Positions 46,260 through 60,300 of a DNA stretch of 64,000 nucleotides are shown here, one piece after another. The translations under genes and the position numbers were made by a program. Location of the stretch: NCBI GenBank assembly GCA_048128005.1, contig JBEUKZ010000129.1, positions 186,001-250,000 of the forward strand, read 5' to 3'. Under the pieces are notes generated by a model. The model was not told the origin of the DNA, searched no databases, and saw nothing but the letters and a program-made list of their open reading frames with translations. The DNA is from Veleropilina oligotropha (lineage: Eukaryota). The first letter of the stretch is position 1. The number at the start of each line of letters is the position of its first letter.

Positions 46260-49200
46260 ATGGCGACAGAGGTAGGAGCATATATCGCCTTCCAATAGTT
46301 TGAGCCATTATCTAAATCCAATGCAAATGATTGTGTTAATATTGTATACTTTGACAATTATGACAGTAATAATACAGCTTGCTTTGTAGTTAGAATTTGA
46401 CCAGATTTGTTGTTTACCATAAGGAATTTTACTGCATTGTAGTAAATCTATGAACAGGCTCACCTTGTGTATTGCATTAAGTTTGGTGTGGACCATTGCT
46501 TGATGTTCCACTTGAACGTCTTTCAGGGTCATTCCAAGAAATTTCCTTGGTATGAACATGAGCATTGTTAAAAAAGGGGTTTAATAGGCATCGATTCAAA
46601 CCCAACCAAACCAGGACATTTCCATATTACATTTTATTGTGAGAGGAAATCGCCCAGGGCATGCATGTGATACCTCCGGCTGGCAGTAAATTACTCTGGA
46701 AATCAGCACACCCCCCCCCCCCCCCAAATGGCCTACTCCCGAAATGACATAAATGTCCCAAAATCAGATAATCTTTCTGGAATAAATTAATTCCATCGTA
46801 AAGTTTATTTCTGCATCTGTATTATCTAATCATTCATGTCATTACAGTCTAATTCCACAGTAAGGGTACATTTTAAGATATTTTAAAAGTATTTGTATAT
46901 GGTTAAATATACCTTGACCTCATATATATAGAAGAGAATCCAAGCTTTCCAAAACAGTTTTTGTTGTTAGCCTAAACCTCATAGTTCTAATATTATAGAC
47001 ATTTAAAATGAAGGTTTCGGTAAATTCAACAATTGAAGAACATAACTGACATGACTGATTCCACCATTAATGGGAAAAACTATCAGTGTGGTACTAAAAA
47101 CTTATTAGGTGATGTACCTGATGTCTCAATTAATTAATGATAACAGCCTTAATCTATAACAAGAACGACGTGTTCGGATTATGTCTTGACCTTTGTCTGC
47201 TTGGACCATGATATACAATCTAACATATTCATACGATGTATTTACTTCCAACTCATGATTTTCTGACAGATGACAATTTAATTATATGATGTCACTAATT
47301 AGTAATTATGACATCATAATTGAGTCACACTAATAATGACATCATAACTTTGCATGGACCTAGTTACCATAGTAATTTTGCATAAAAATGCCTATAAAAA
47401 GCATATTTTATGAAATTTTGTAATGAAAGTTATATAAACGACCTACAAATAGTCGTGGGAATGCAGGGCATGAAATTCTTAAAATTTTGAACTGGCCCTT
47501 GCAAAATTTAGAACTGGCCCTAACAAAATTCTTACAGGCCCTTTGCAAAATGAAATGGCCCTAACATTTTGGAAAAAAATATTATAATTATCAGGGCATG
47601 AAATTCCAAAATTTTCTTTCGAGCCCTTGTAAAATTTTGAACTGGCCATTGCTGTATATTGTTTACAGGGGCTCTGGGCCTTCACAAAATGAACAGGCCC
47701 TAGTATTTTTAAAGAAAATCTTATATCAATAAACAATAACTTACATTAAACGTGACAGGTTACAAATTTTAAGAAATAATTATTACATTTGACAGAGACA
47801 TATCTTTAATAAAGTATCAATTTGGATCAGTTAAGTGGAGTTTCCTCAGAAGTTAACTTCTGATCATCTTTTGCTGATCCTCCGTATTAATATATAATAA
47901 TATTGTATACCATTGTGTACTTACTGTTAGTCATCAGATCTTTTTTATGGTTTCTAAATAAAATCTATCATACTATTTAATGATAGTTTTATAAATACTG
48001 GTAATACAAATTAACAGACTACCATTGGACAAGCTATTGGTTCAACACCTGCCACCCCCAGGACTCCATATAAATCATCATCAGGTTGGTCATTTATTCT
48101 TACAAGATAGCATGATTAGACAGGCATTATCTAAATCTTGTTATGCCACCACCAATTTATTGGGGTGGCATTTAGATTTACTCTTGTCCGTCCCGTCCGT
48201 CCCGAAACCAGTATTTGCATGTAAGCAACTCCAATCTGCTATAACTTCTATTTGCCTTCATGGATTGACTTGATACTTTGTACACTGCCCCTATGGTCAA
48301 GGCTGCCAGTGGGGGCATTCGTGTCCGATGGGCATATTTCTAGTGTTTTTAATTAAGCTTGACCACTCCAGTGATGTCTTTCTTATCAAAGAGTTATGGA
48401 AAGGAGTCCTGTAATGTCTTTCTTATCAACACCCTTCTCTGATAACTGACCCTCTTTGAAACAATGCACCAAAATACATTAATTAATTTTAGTTTGGCCT
48501 GTCTCAGCACAGTCAAGTTCTAGGAATGTCAATCAGCGCTATGGGCCGACTGCATTGTAATTGTTATCGGCGGAACTTGATCTGAATCGGCTTCCGCTGA
48601 CTCGCAAGAGGGAATTTCGTGCCCTGGAATGTATATACCAATTTTGGTAAAAATAGGTTCTGTAGTTTTCAAATAAATCGACGGATATATATATGTGGAG
48701 GGAGGAATGATGCTTAATGTCCTGTATATTTACAGCATCGAGGTTCAAGGTAGGACATGTCCGTGTTATCGCAGGAGGAAACCCCGGTCGCCCGGGTAAA
48801 CCCGCCCTCTTCGGCCAGTCGCGGACAACTGTGATTCATAACTTGAACAAATGTCAATGCCTCAGCCAGGTATTGAACCCACTACTGTTCGCATTAGCGG
48901 AATCAAGCCAGTGAATTTAGAGTGGACACTCTTACCCACTGCGCTGCCGAAGCGGCCTTTATATATATATGTATTTATTTATATGTATATAGACACGGAC
49001 CATTTTGTAATAATGTCTTATCTTTTTTACAAAAAGATCAAGACATAAAAAGTTGTTTCTTGATGTCTGTATTGTATTTTGATATATTTAAGGCACTATC
49101 ATATCAATGTAGATGAATTGTCCCCTAAGTCACAAAATTATATAGGTTACGCTGTTTCATATTTTGTTTGCAAAAATTATATTTTAAGTCACAAAACCAA

Positions 49201-51218
49201 AATTATTTAATTTAGTTTAGATGGTGCTTAGTATAGCATGTATAGTGACCTAGATTCCATACATTACTTTAATTATGTGGTGTGCTGGATCACATGACTA
49301 AATTGTCCCACAAGTCATATTATGTCTAACAATCTTGTTCAGTTGTCATCCTCAGAGTCTACACAAGAGAGGTTGCAATGGCTAAAAGGGTTATACAATA
49401 AAAAGTCAAACCTTGGGAATTTTGCAGAATAAGGAAGAAATTATACCGCGTACCATAAGAAATGAGAGGGTGCAAACAAATTCATGATGGCAATGGAGCA
49501 AACGTTGCAACTAAAGGAGTGCGAGCGCATGTGCAAACACCAATATACAGTATATATTTACCAAAAACATTTATGGACCATTTTCACCAAACTGTATGAG
49601 TATTTTTGTTGTCGGTAAGAGGTGGGGGTATTCTTACTTAAAAATATGCTTTCCGATCTGATAATTAAACCCATGGTATTGATTCTGATGTAACTGGATA
49701 ACTGCTAAAACTCGTTTTAAAGCAAACATTGTAATAACAAATATTCAATTCTAGATTTCAAAATTGGGGGTTCGGACCCCCCTCAGGATCCGCCAATGAT
49801 GTTGCACTCATTAAACTGTGTTACCAAACTAATTTTGAAATGTCTGAAATCCTAATGCATGGAATTTCCAGTGAGTACGATGCCAAAAACTTGATGAACT
49901 TGATTCAACTATTGAAAGCCTATTGAATACTTAGGGGCCATAGCATCACCACCCCGCTCCAAGTGACCTTTTAGTATACTATGAATGCGTGACATAGCTA
50001 TTCTGCACGATTAAATTTATACTGAACATTCCATGATAATTCATCAGTTATTGTTTACATATATAATCCGTACTTTTATGCAGACAACGAAATCAGGCAA
50101 ACTTGATGATGCAGAGAGGCAAGCTGATCTAAAGCCACTACTGGATGGCGGCTGGTCACTAGTAGAGGGTCGGGATGCGATATACAAGGAGTTCCTCATG
50201 AAAGACTTCAATCAGGTATGTATACGCAACCATGGAAACCTCTAATTATGTGAGCGGTCACACAGGTGGTGTAATGGATAAGACCATTGAATCATATTCA
50301 CTCACCTTGCAGCTTTGATTAACGTGTCATTGAGTGGGTTTGAATCCTCGCCGGGGCACTTTGTTCAATCATAGATTGCAAACCTAGGCCCACTGACATA
50401 GCTGAGTATATGCATATGACCGTACATAGATATCATGGCTGAGTATATGCATATGACCGTACATAGATATCATGGCTGAGTATATAACATTTCATTGAGA
50501 TCTGGCGGTTTAGACAGTCGTGTGGTTTCGGTTGTGGACTCCAAAAAATCACTGACTTGATTCCGTTGACACCAACAGTAGTGGGTTCAAACCTTGTCAG
50601 GGACAGCACACATTTGTTCAAGTTATGAATCACAGTTGTCCGTAACTGATCGGAGAGGGTGGGTTTCCCTGGGCGATCGGGCTTTCCTCCCGCAATAATA
50701 ATATAATATAATATGGACATGTCCTGCTTTGAACCAAATGATGGTTGGAAATATAAAGGACATTAAGCATCGATCCTTTCCTTTCATTGACATCTGGAAG
50801 TCGATAAGGAACAGGATTGTGAATGTTAAAAGTCTCTATGACTGTATAACTAACAGTTTTACACAAGAGAAGAAAATTGCAATGCCATTCACTTACGCTT
50901 ACACGGATGAAGATAATGATTGCCAATAATGCTATTGAATCTTGATAATGATATATAATATCCATGTTTGCAGGCATTTGGGTTCATGACCCGCATTGCC
51001 CTGAAGGCGGATAAAATGGACCACCATCCAGAATGGTTCAACGTTTATAATAAGGTAGGCCTGCTGCTATCAGTGGAAGCTTTGGAAACTGATCGTTTAA
51101 CTGATTCACTGTGGGCGACGTATATAGACGTTGCATTTAGGCTTATGCCTCCATCCATACACGGGTGACGTATATATGTAAACGCATATCCAAGTCTTCG
51201 TACTTACCGTTGATGCTA

Positions 51219-51253
<35 letters not shown>

Positions 51254-51735
51254 ATATTACTGTAGATATTTCTCTTTGGTGACATTCATCCAGAAACTAA
51301 TGACTCTCATGAATAATACTAGTAGATGTAATCCCTTAGGGAACTCAGAAATAAATCAGTTAAAGATAACTATATTTGAAGACCATACGTACAATTTACA
51401 TAATTGCACCCAATATTGATTGTATGATTGGTTTGATAACAATCATAAGTCGTAAAATCATTCCTCAAGATTGTGATTTCCAATATTATAATTTTACAAA
51501 CTGGTACTGGACATGTATGATTATTGATGCTATTGTAGTTTGTATCGGAGATGAGCCGAGTTCGATATCATATTATCAGATATAGACATGTACATGCAAA
51601 AGTAAGACGTTATATATCAAACTATATTTGGCCATTTCTTTTTAGGTTCAAATCACCCTGAGCTCTCACGATGTCAATGGCCTGTCACAGAGAGATGTTC
51701 GCTTAGCAAATTTCATTGAATCCATTGCAAAGTAA
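46260..51735 (+). CDS. PCBD: Pterin-4-alpha-carbinolamine dehydratase (PCD/DCoH), 104 aa. Exons: 46260-46271, 50084-50215, 50974-51054, 51646-51735
   Basis: Spliced peptide [117 protein letters not shown] is the family signature. All introns are GT-AG, phase 0. The 12-nt first exon is less certain. Confidence 0.93.
48700..48958 (-). mobile_element. tRNA-derived SINE with V-domain-like core
   Basis: Minus strand: A box GGCAGCGCAGTGG, B-box-like GGGTTCAATACC, core GGGTTTACCCGGGCGACCGGGGTTTCCTCC; near-identical copy at 55130-55390. Confidence 0.75.
50500..50785 (+). mobile_element. Related SINE copy in PCBD intron 2
   Basis: GGGTTCAAACC, GGGTTTCCCTGGGCGATCGGGCTTTCCTCC, same GGACATTAAGCATC tail. 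Confidence 0.7.
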
Positions 51736-52699
51736 CGAAGTCAGAGTATATTAATTTGTATAGGTGAATGTTCCAATATCGCAGCTAGATGTATATGGCA
51801 TCATAAACAAAGGAAGCTATAGGTTGTCCATAACAATATCATCATCAGTGTGATAAAGTAGATATTGATAGAAAGACTTTTAACAACGATTTTTAACAAC
51901 GACATGTTAGATGTTTTGAATTAGTGCATCTATTCAATATTATGGTCTTGTGAGAATATTTAGATACATGAGTATAAACGATCATGTTGCAGTTTACATT
52001 ACTTAAATGAAAATGAAATTAAGCTCTGCAGAATGTGAATCCCATCAATGTGTATGATGATTATGAGTACATTAAATGATTATTATAAGAAACATGTTGT
52101 GTTTTCTACCAAATGTAAAATTAGTAATATTTAATATGTTCTTAGGTTACTCATTAATACGATAGAATTTGTTTATGACCACAATAAAAATTATATAGTG
52201 ATACTGTCATACCCCGATTTAAGGTCTCGATCCCATCTCGAACTTGAAACTGACTTAACTGCGCCACATGATTCTGTCGAATGTGCGAACCAATCATGTG
52301 CTGAGGACTCTCATATACAATATCGTATTGTTCATAATTTTCCCCTCATTCTTCCAGTCTGAACAGCCAAGATTCATCCTCAACTCAGTTACTGCATGTG
52401 TGCTATTATCAGTAGTATGACCCTTTGTGTACTCATATAAACAGAAGCATTGACATCTCAACAAATGTTTGGGGTGAAAATCATGGAAGTGATCACGCAT
52501 GTGGAGGGGAAGTACGATTGTAGCGTGGGGTTTCCGCTAAACCAGCTGCATAAAAAAGCAAGGTTCACCAACTGTTCGTACACAAACTGAAGATATATAC
52601 AGAGATCATGAATATATTATGGTAAGAACATCCATTCAGTATCACGTCAGTGGTTAAATTTAACAGAATATATGGCCAGAAGGGAAGCCTCGAGTTGGC

Positions 52700-54480
52700 T
52701 GCCATCCTTGAACATCAGTGCTTTGTGCCAACCGCACTGATCAGTGAGTTTAGCTTCCTGCTAAAAGGAAACAATGGCATTGGTCAAAACCATCATAAGG
52801 AATCCTCTTCTTCCTAGTACCGTACTGATTGATACATCTCGGTTACACATTATTCTTGAGAGTAGTGGATGGTCTTGCTGCGAAGTAGACCTATGTCATA
52901 TTTTGATCATCACATCAGTAAAAGGATCATGAGGTATAGAGGATAGCTGACTGAGAACTTGCCTTCCGCAATTCGTAATACAGTATTAAACTAGAGGTAT
53001 AATCCTCATACAGGCCCGCCTTTTGGATATATAAATCCATAGAGAGGAAAATAATCAATAACTCTATATCTTCAAAGTGCACGAAAATGACCTTGACCTT
53101 TGACCCAGAGACTCCATCTTTGAACTTGGGCTAGGCCTGATGGTATACAAGGTGCATACCCAAGATGAAAGGTGTAGGTCCAGCGGTTCATCTTCTATGT
53201 GACAGAAAGCAATCTTCGAAGTGCCAGAACGGAAATACACGAAAATGACCTTGACCTTTGACCCAGCGACCCCATCTTTGAACTTGGGCTAGGCCTGATG
53301 GTATACAAGGTGCATACCCAAGATGAAAGCTGTAGGTCCAGCGGTTCATCTTCTATGTGACAGAAAGCAATCTTCGAAGGGCCAGAACGGAAATACACGA
53401 AAATGACCTTGACCTTTGACCCAGCGACCCCATCTTTGAACTTGGGCTAGGCCTGATGGTATACAAGGTGCATACCCAAGATGAAAGCTGTAGGTCCAGC
53501 GGTTCATCTTCTATGTGACAGAAAGCAATCTTCGAAGTGCCAGAACGGAAATACACGAAAATGACCTTGACATTTGACCCAGCGACCACATCTTTGAACT
53601 TGGGCTAGGCCTGATGATATACAAGGTGCATACCCAAGATGAAAGCTGTAGGTCCAGCGGTTCATCTTCTATGTGACAGAAAGCAATCTTCGAAGGGCCA
53701 GAACGGAAATACACGAAAATGACCTTGACCTTTGACCCAGCGACCCCATCTTTGAACTTGGGCTAGGCCTGATGGTATACAAGGTGCATACCCAAGATGA
53801 AAGCTGTAGGTCCAGCGGTTCATCTTCTATGTGACAGAAAGCAATCTTCGAAGTGCCAGAACGGAAATACACGAAAATGACCTTGACCTTTGACCCAGCG
53901 ACCCCATCTTTGAACTTGGGCTAGGCCTGATGGTATATAAGATGTATACCAAATATGAAAGGAGTAAGTCCAGCGGTTCATCTTCTATGTGACAGAAAGC
54001 ATGAGGCGACGGACGCAGGACGACGGACGGACGCAGGACGACGGACGCCAGTACACGGCTATAGCCCTGCCTTTAGAAGGCGGGCCAAAAAGAGGCAGCT
54101 CTTACAACTACTGTATACATATCATCTTAGTACTGTAGCAAAATTGATCTTAAATGTCGTCAGCCAATCCAACAGTATTATGAGCAATGATGAAGTGGAC
54201 GTATCTCTACCAGGCACAAGCAGGAATGAAACTTAGTAATGACATAAATGTCTTTGTGCTGTCCATGCACTGGTGCTGGAAGGGTGACTCGTCATGACAT
54301 TTTCAGATGGCGAAGTGGGATAGGTCAGTGCTTAACATCAATACCACGCAAGGTGAGAAATGCAGGAGAGTATTGGGAATGCATGCACTATCTGGCAGTG
54401 GCACCATGTCCAATCCCAATGGGATAGGTAAGGCCAGACAAACATCTTTTGGACTAGAAAGGAGGATGCCACTTATTGAC
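52700..54480 (+). pseudogene. Highly degraded Academ-like transposase relic, split by the HINE at 52989
   Basis: LGMHALSGSGTMSNPNGIGKA (54370-54435) resembles HALSGCDT...GIGK of the 25379-27034 ORF; VPTALISE-like stretch near 52725. Confidence 0.45.
52989..54091 (-). mobile_element. Second copy of the same HINE family with ~6 x 158-bp repeats
   Basis: Near-identical termini and unit to 22055-23334. Confidence 0.85.
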
Positions 54481-55129
54481 ATTTTGGCAAGTGGCAGACC
54501 TTTCTAAATTACTATGTTAACGAGCAGAGCGTGTTTCTTCAGGTATTGGGATGGTAGGATGTGTGTTCGCCTCCCGCTCCACTGTGGCTTAGAAGGGATG
54601 GGTTAAAACCCTGTTACTTGTCCTTCCAATGGAGACGTTAAACCGAGGTTACGACAACAGATATGACCGAATCATTTATGATGACATAAGCTGTAGGTAC
54701 CGATCACGAGAATGTATGCATCAGGAAGTGGGCTGCGTGGCAAATAGGTTGTCATGCACTGTGTGCTTGTTGGACTTGATAATATTGCCTAATGGGGTTT
54801 TCAGTATTGTATCAGTTTATGCAATAAAGTTCTAGAGTAATTGTGGAATTTGAAATGCACTGTGTTGAGGGTGGATTATTGGTGCCAACATGATTCTAGA
54901 AATCAATATGAAGTAATGGGTCCATGTTCAACAGTTACGGAATTAGGACGGTATACGTTTTGACTCATTTTATACCTGTGTCAAAGTTAGCACCACACAA
55001 ATCAATTTAGGCTCAGATACTACCTGTATTCCATTGCCAGATGACTTCATTGGATATTACTTATAGAAAATAATTACATCGTACGAATAAAAAGTCCTGA
55101 AGCAGGCCTAACTTAATTATTAAGAATCG

Positions 55130-55390
55130 AGGATGAATGATGCTTAATGTCCTGTATATTTACAACATCGAGGTTCAAGGCAGGACATGTGCATGTTATC
55201 GCGGGAGGAAACCCCGGTCGCCCGGGTAAACCCGCCCTCTTCGCGGCCAGTCACGGACAACTGTGATTCACAACTTGAACAAATTTCAATGCCTCAGCCA
55301 GGTATTGAACCCACTACTGTTCGCATTAGCGGAATCAAGCCAGTGAATTTAGAGTGAACAATCTACCCAATGTTCTGCCGAAGCGGCCTC
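55130..55390 (-). mobile_element. SINE copy (same family as 48700-48958)
   Basis: High visible identity to 48700-48958. Confidence 0.75.
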
Positions 55391-55527
55391 TTATTAAGGA
55401 TCAAACAAATTTCATGTGAAGGAGCATTTTATAGAGCTGACACCTTTGTTCCAGAGCTGATACACGATTGGAAGGACTACTAGTTAAGTATATGTAATTG
55501 TCATCAACAACTCAACATGATATATAC

Positions 55528-55745
55528 ACCGTCCTCGATAGCTCAACTGGTAGAGCGTCGGAAAAACGATAAGTGGGACGGTAGGAAGTTAGTTCAAACC
55601 CCCGCTCCGGCGTTGCTATTCTAATGCTTAAAACTAATAGATGGCATATCCCTAATGTATGTCGGTCAGATCGGAGCGAGACCTTAAACCGGGTGTCATG
55701 ACTACGATACAGCTGAAAAATTGCTAAATATGGTCATAAAACAAT
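55528..55745 (+). mobile_element. tRNA-derived SINE with Meta-like central motif
   Basis: A box TAGCTCAACTGG, B-box-like AGTTCAAACCC, CGGAGCGAGACCTTAAACCG; a related motif GGAGACGTTAAACCGAGG occurs at ~54630. Confidence 0.55.
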
Positions 55746-57387
55746 GTTGCAATCAACATGATATTCAGCAGATCACTAGTCTGCATCGTGTGCATCATCC
55801 ATGTGGAAAATGCTACAATGAACATAATTATATATCTTTTCATGATGGATAAAATTCTCTGAATCCTCATGATGTGTGATTCATCGGCATTCCTCGTGCA
55901 GTGCCAGATTCAATTATTGAGCATTCTGCACAGGGTCATGATAATGTTTCTATTGTAGTCCTTTGCATATGGTCAAGTACTTGAACACTGCGGGTTACAA
56001 TTGTGTGAGTGTCAAAAGAAGAAATAACACCATCCAAGATGGTGTCTTGATTTATAACCACGACCAGTTAAAATCACATGTACCATCACAAAATCCAGCT
56101 TACAGTCATGTGGTTTGTATCCCAAGACCATCACAGATCATCCACCAAAGGGAAAGTTATCCAGTACGTTCCGCTGTTCATACGCCGTGCTCCTGGGCGT
56201 CCATACACATGTTCGACCATGGAACAGACTATTGTACTCCACTTCATGTCCTCCAGTTGCGTAATGTGACTGTCTGATATATAAACAATTGCCCATTATA
56301 ATATCCGCAAAAAGTTGCCCATTCTCTTTAACTGCACATGCTATTGATCTGATTCAATGATGTCATAGAACATATTATTCAAATAAAACTATGCATCTGA
56401 ATCATATTGTGATGTTCAATCTCGAATTAAAATTTAATCTGAATTTAGTATTATTCATTAAGATTAGATATAATCGATAATAACCAGTTGACACGAGGCG
56501 TCTTAGTGATCACGACACATTGTATTAGGGACACCCATGGCACATAAAAATCGTACTAATTTCACAATCAACACGATGGTGATGTGTCGTGATGAAAACA
56601 GTCACCATATGGAAGATATATTACTATAATTAATCACTCACCCATACGCTAAAATAAAGTTAGACCTCATTTCTTACCACACACTTGTCGACTACGTTCG
56701 CTGTTTATGACTGGTAACGGAAGTGCCAGTCTGATGACGTCATGTCAGGGTTATATGAAAAAGTTGAATCGTTAAAAATTGTGAGCTACGGAAAATAATT
56801 CTATGTACAACACAATAAGTCGCTTTAATTACGAAAATTTCCGCACTAATCCGCAATCCGCATTTTTGATGTTACAAAATTTTAAATAATAACTAAATGA
56901 ATGAATGAGATGGATCCTTTGACGGCGAAAAAACCAATTCAAAATGATCTATAATTAGTATTAAAATATTTGACCTTCTAAAAAATTGGTCAAAAAATAT
57001 ATCTTTTATACAAAATCACATTCTACAATATTATATACTGTGACGTCACGATAATAAATAAAAAGTTGGAAATAAACTTACAAAATAAATTCACACGCTC
57101 AAAATCTTGTCCGCTCGGAAGAGATATTAAATGTCCACTGCCGCAAAATAGGTTTGACATAGTTTTATAGAGATTAGGCAGCACGGGAAGTTCTACTTCC
57201 GGGATGTTCCGCAGATTAATTAAATGTGCGAGACTGTAATTACCTCGTTTTGAATAAACAGCTCTCTGATATCATTTGACAGGTGAACGTTGCCAGGTAA
57301 AGGTCTCCCTAATTGTATACATTATCACCATGAACCAATCGATTGGCGCCTTGTGGTAGCGTCATGCCGTGTGCAAAGTGACGATAT

Positions 57388-60300
57388 TAGTCCATGGGCC
57401 AGATACCGACCCCCCCCCCCCTGGGGATTTTTGGAGACATACATTTTTAGATAGCCTATTATGTCTCTATTCGATATCTGCTTTTCTGCAAAAAATATTG
57501 ATGGAATAACAAAATGGCGGCTAAAATTCAAAATGGCGGCTTTATCACATTTGATTTTTGTGTATTTGGTATTTCTGATATATTCTGTTCAGTTTTCAAA
57601 GAATACATGCTTGCAATGGCTCATTTTAACGATAAACATGTTGACAACATGATGTACCTAACTTTTGTCTAAAATAATTATTGTAAAAATGGCGGTTTCA
57701 CACTCTTCGATTAGTAAAAAAATTGTTCACCTTTTTGCAATTTCTTTAGACATACATTTTTGGATAGCCTATTATGTCTCTATTCGATATCTGCTTGTCT
57801 GCAAAAAAATATTGGTGGAATAACAAAATGGCGTCTAAAATTAAAAATGGCGGCTTTATCACATTTGATTTTTGTGTATTTGGTATTTCCGATATATTCT
57901 GTTCATTTTTCAAAGAATACATGCTTGCAATGGCTCATTTTAACGATAAACATTTTGACAACATGATATGTACCTTAATTTTGTCCAAAATAATTATTGT
58001 AAAATTGTAAAAATGGCGGCTAAAATTCAAAATGGCGGTTTCACTAGTAATTGGGCTTCGATTAGTAACAAAAAATTGTTCACCTTTTTACAATTTTCTG
58101 AGATTTTGATTATGGATGGATATGATCTTGATATTTTATAATCTGCCGGCAGACAAGCTCAACTGTTCCTCTGGCGGCCATATTGGAATAAAATCCAATA
58201 TGGCCACCATCGCTAGAAAGGAATACCATTTATTAACTTATGTCTAAACCTCATAGATTAGTAAACAATACTTCCATTCCATTTGGGGGTTTGCAAGCAT
58301 GAGTATGTCGATTATGACATTATTTATTCGAAATTAAGTTAAGGTCAAGGTAAAATCCCCATTTCAAGGTCAAAAATGGTATAAAAAGAATCAATATGGT
58401 CATCACCAGAAAGACGGAATACCATAATTTAAATTTAATCCAAATAACATAAACTAATAAATAATATCTCCATTTTAGGGTTTTCACATTAGTGGAAATA
58501 GATAATGACATTAATATCACTTTTCCAGGTTAAGATCAAGTCCAAATCACCATTTCAAGGTCGAAAATTGCTTATAAACGCGCAGTATGCCCGCCACCCG
58601 AAACACCGAAAACGATAACTTTTAGTCTAAACATCATAGATTAATAAATAATACCTCCATTTTAGGGTTTTCAAGGATGAGGAAGTCGATTATGGCATTA
58701 TTTTCATGATCCTGGTTAAAGTCAAGGTCAAATAACTATTTCAATGTCAAAAAATGTTAAAATCGCGCAATATGGCTGTCACCCGAAAGGCAAAACACCC
58801 TAGTTTTAATCTAAACAACATAGATTAATAAATAATACCTTCATAATGGTGCTTTTAATGATGACGACATCGATCATGGCATTATTTTCGTGATTCCAGG
58901 TTAAGCTAAAGGTCAAATCACCATTTCTAGGTCAAAATGGTATTAAACGCAAAATATGGTTGTCACCCGAAAGACGGAATACCATAACTTTTAAACTAAG
59001 CGTAAATAATACCTCCATTCTGGGGTTTTCTAGGATCAGGCAGTCCATTATTTAGGCGACCAGATTGTCGTATCATCATTTCAAGGCTAACAATGCGATA
59101 ATCATATAAGCTGATTTAGTATATAACATTAGCCGTCTTTGATCAGTGGGTAGATCACAGGAATCTCGTTTGCCTTCTGGTCTCGGCGATATCACTTGGG
59201 CAAGGAAATAAACATATATTTGCCTCGATCCACCCAGCAGATCTAAATAGATATCTGGTTTGGCAGTTATGTAAGTCAGCGCTGAGCTCCGGATCAGATT
59301 TCAGAAATGTGTTGCCACTCTCTCTAAGCACATCCTCGTATGTCATAACGTCAGTGATGAATCATGTTTTAAGATTGGGCGAATCCGCGTGATGAGCGTC
59401 GGATGAATCGCACATGTTCAGTATATTCTCAAGCTGACCAATAACCCTACAAGGTCAGGTCCTGTCTGCATTATCATAAATGTCTTACAAGCCACCACCA
59501 CCTGCATATAGTATTGTATTGCCTTGTTCGTAGAACTAGTTTTGGAAATTATCGAAAACTTGTGCCATGATCGCTGAGCGATGAAATTCCCTTCTTAAAC
59601 TCCTCGTACATATTAGGGTGTTTGTCAGGTAGCTCGGCCAAATCATTTACGGGGATTGGTACCCACCCTGCATAACTGGTATGATCAACTGCAAAGAACC
59701 ATGGACGGGAACTTCGAACTCCCCTTTACACAAGGAGTGCACAAAACGGCACATGATGGGCTCCAATTCGATGATACGAGACCAGTACTTGAACATGTGT
59801 GCATCCCCAACACGCGTAATTCTCACCGCGCTTCACAGTAGATACATGTATGCCTCTTGCTTGAGTTGTGACAGAGATACTAACTTGTAAGCGAGACATG
59901 GTGAGCATAACGTTTGCGTTTGATGTGATGGTCATCACCCACGTCATTCCCTGATCCATGTATGAATTTCCAAGCAAAAGTTGTGCCTTGTCCTCGATAT
60001 AAAGTCGATGTGCTCCCATCATTAAGACATACACATCATGTCGCAGATCTATAAGGAGCACGATGACTGTCTTCTACTCCACGTTTTGGCAATTTGTTTT
60101 CAGCCTTATTGCAGTCGGGACAGCTGGTTTAGGGTCTCACTCCGATCTGACCGCCATATATACGGCATATACATTATATTACTGTTAACGCCAGAACAGG
60201 AGGCGAAGCCACACCCCTTCGTCCCATTTAACTATTTCCGATGCTCTACAAGTTGAGTTATCAAGAACGGTTAAGGTTCGGGTGAAAGAACGGTGTCAAC

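Noticed and set aside
55528..55615. tRNA gene
   Set aside because: It has A/B-box-like motifs but no credible anticodon arm or cloverleaf, and it continues into a SINE body.
56505..57332. DNA transposon with degenerate TIRs (TTAGGGA.ACC...TGGCA)
   Set aside because: The inverted match is weak and there is no TSD, so it cannot be delimited or classified.
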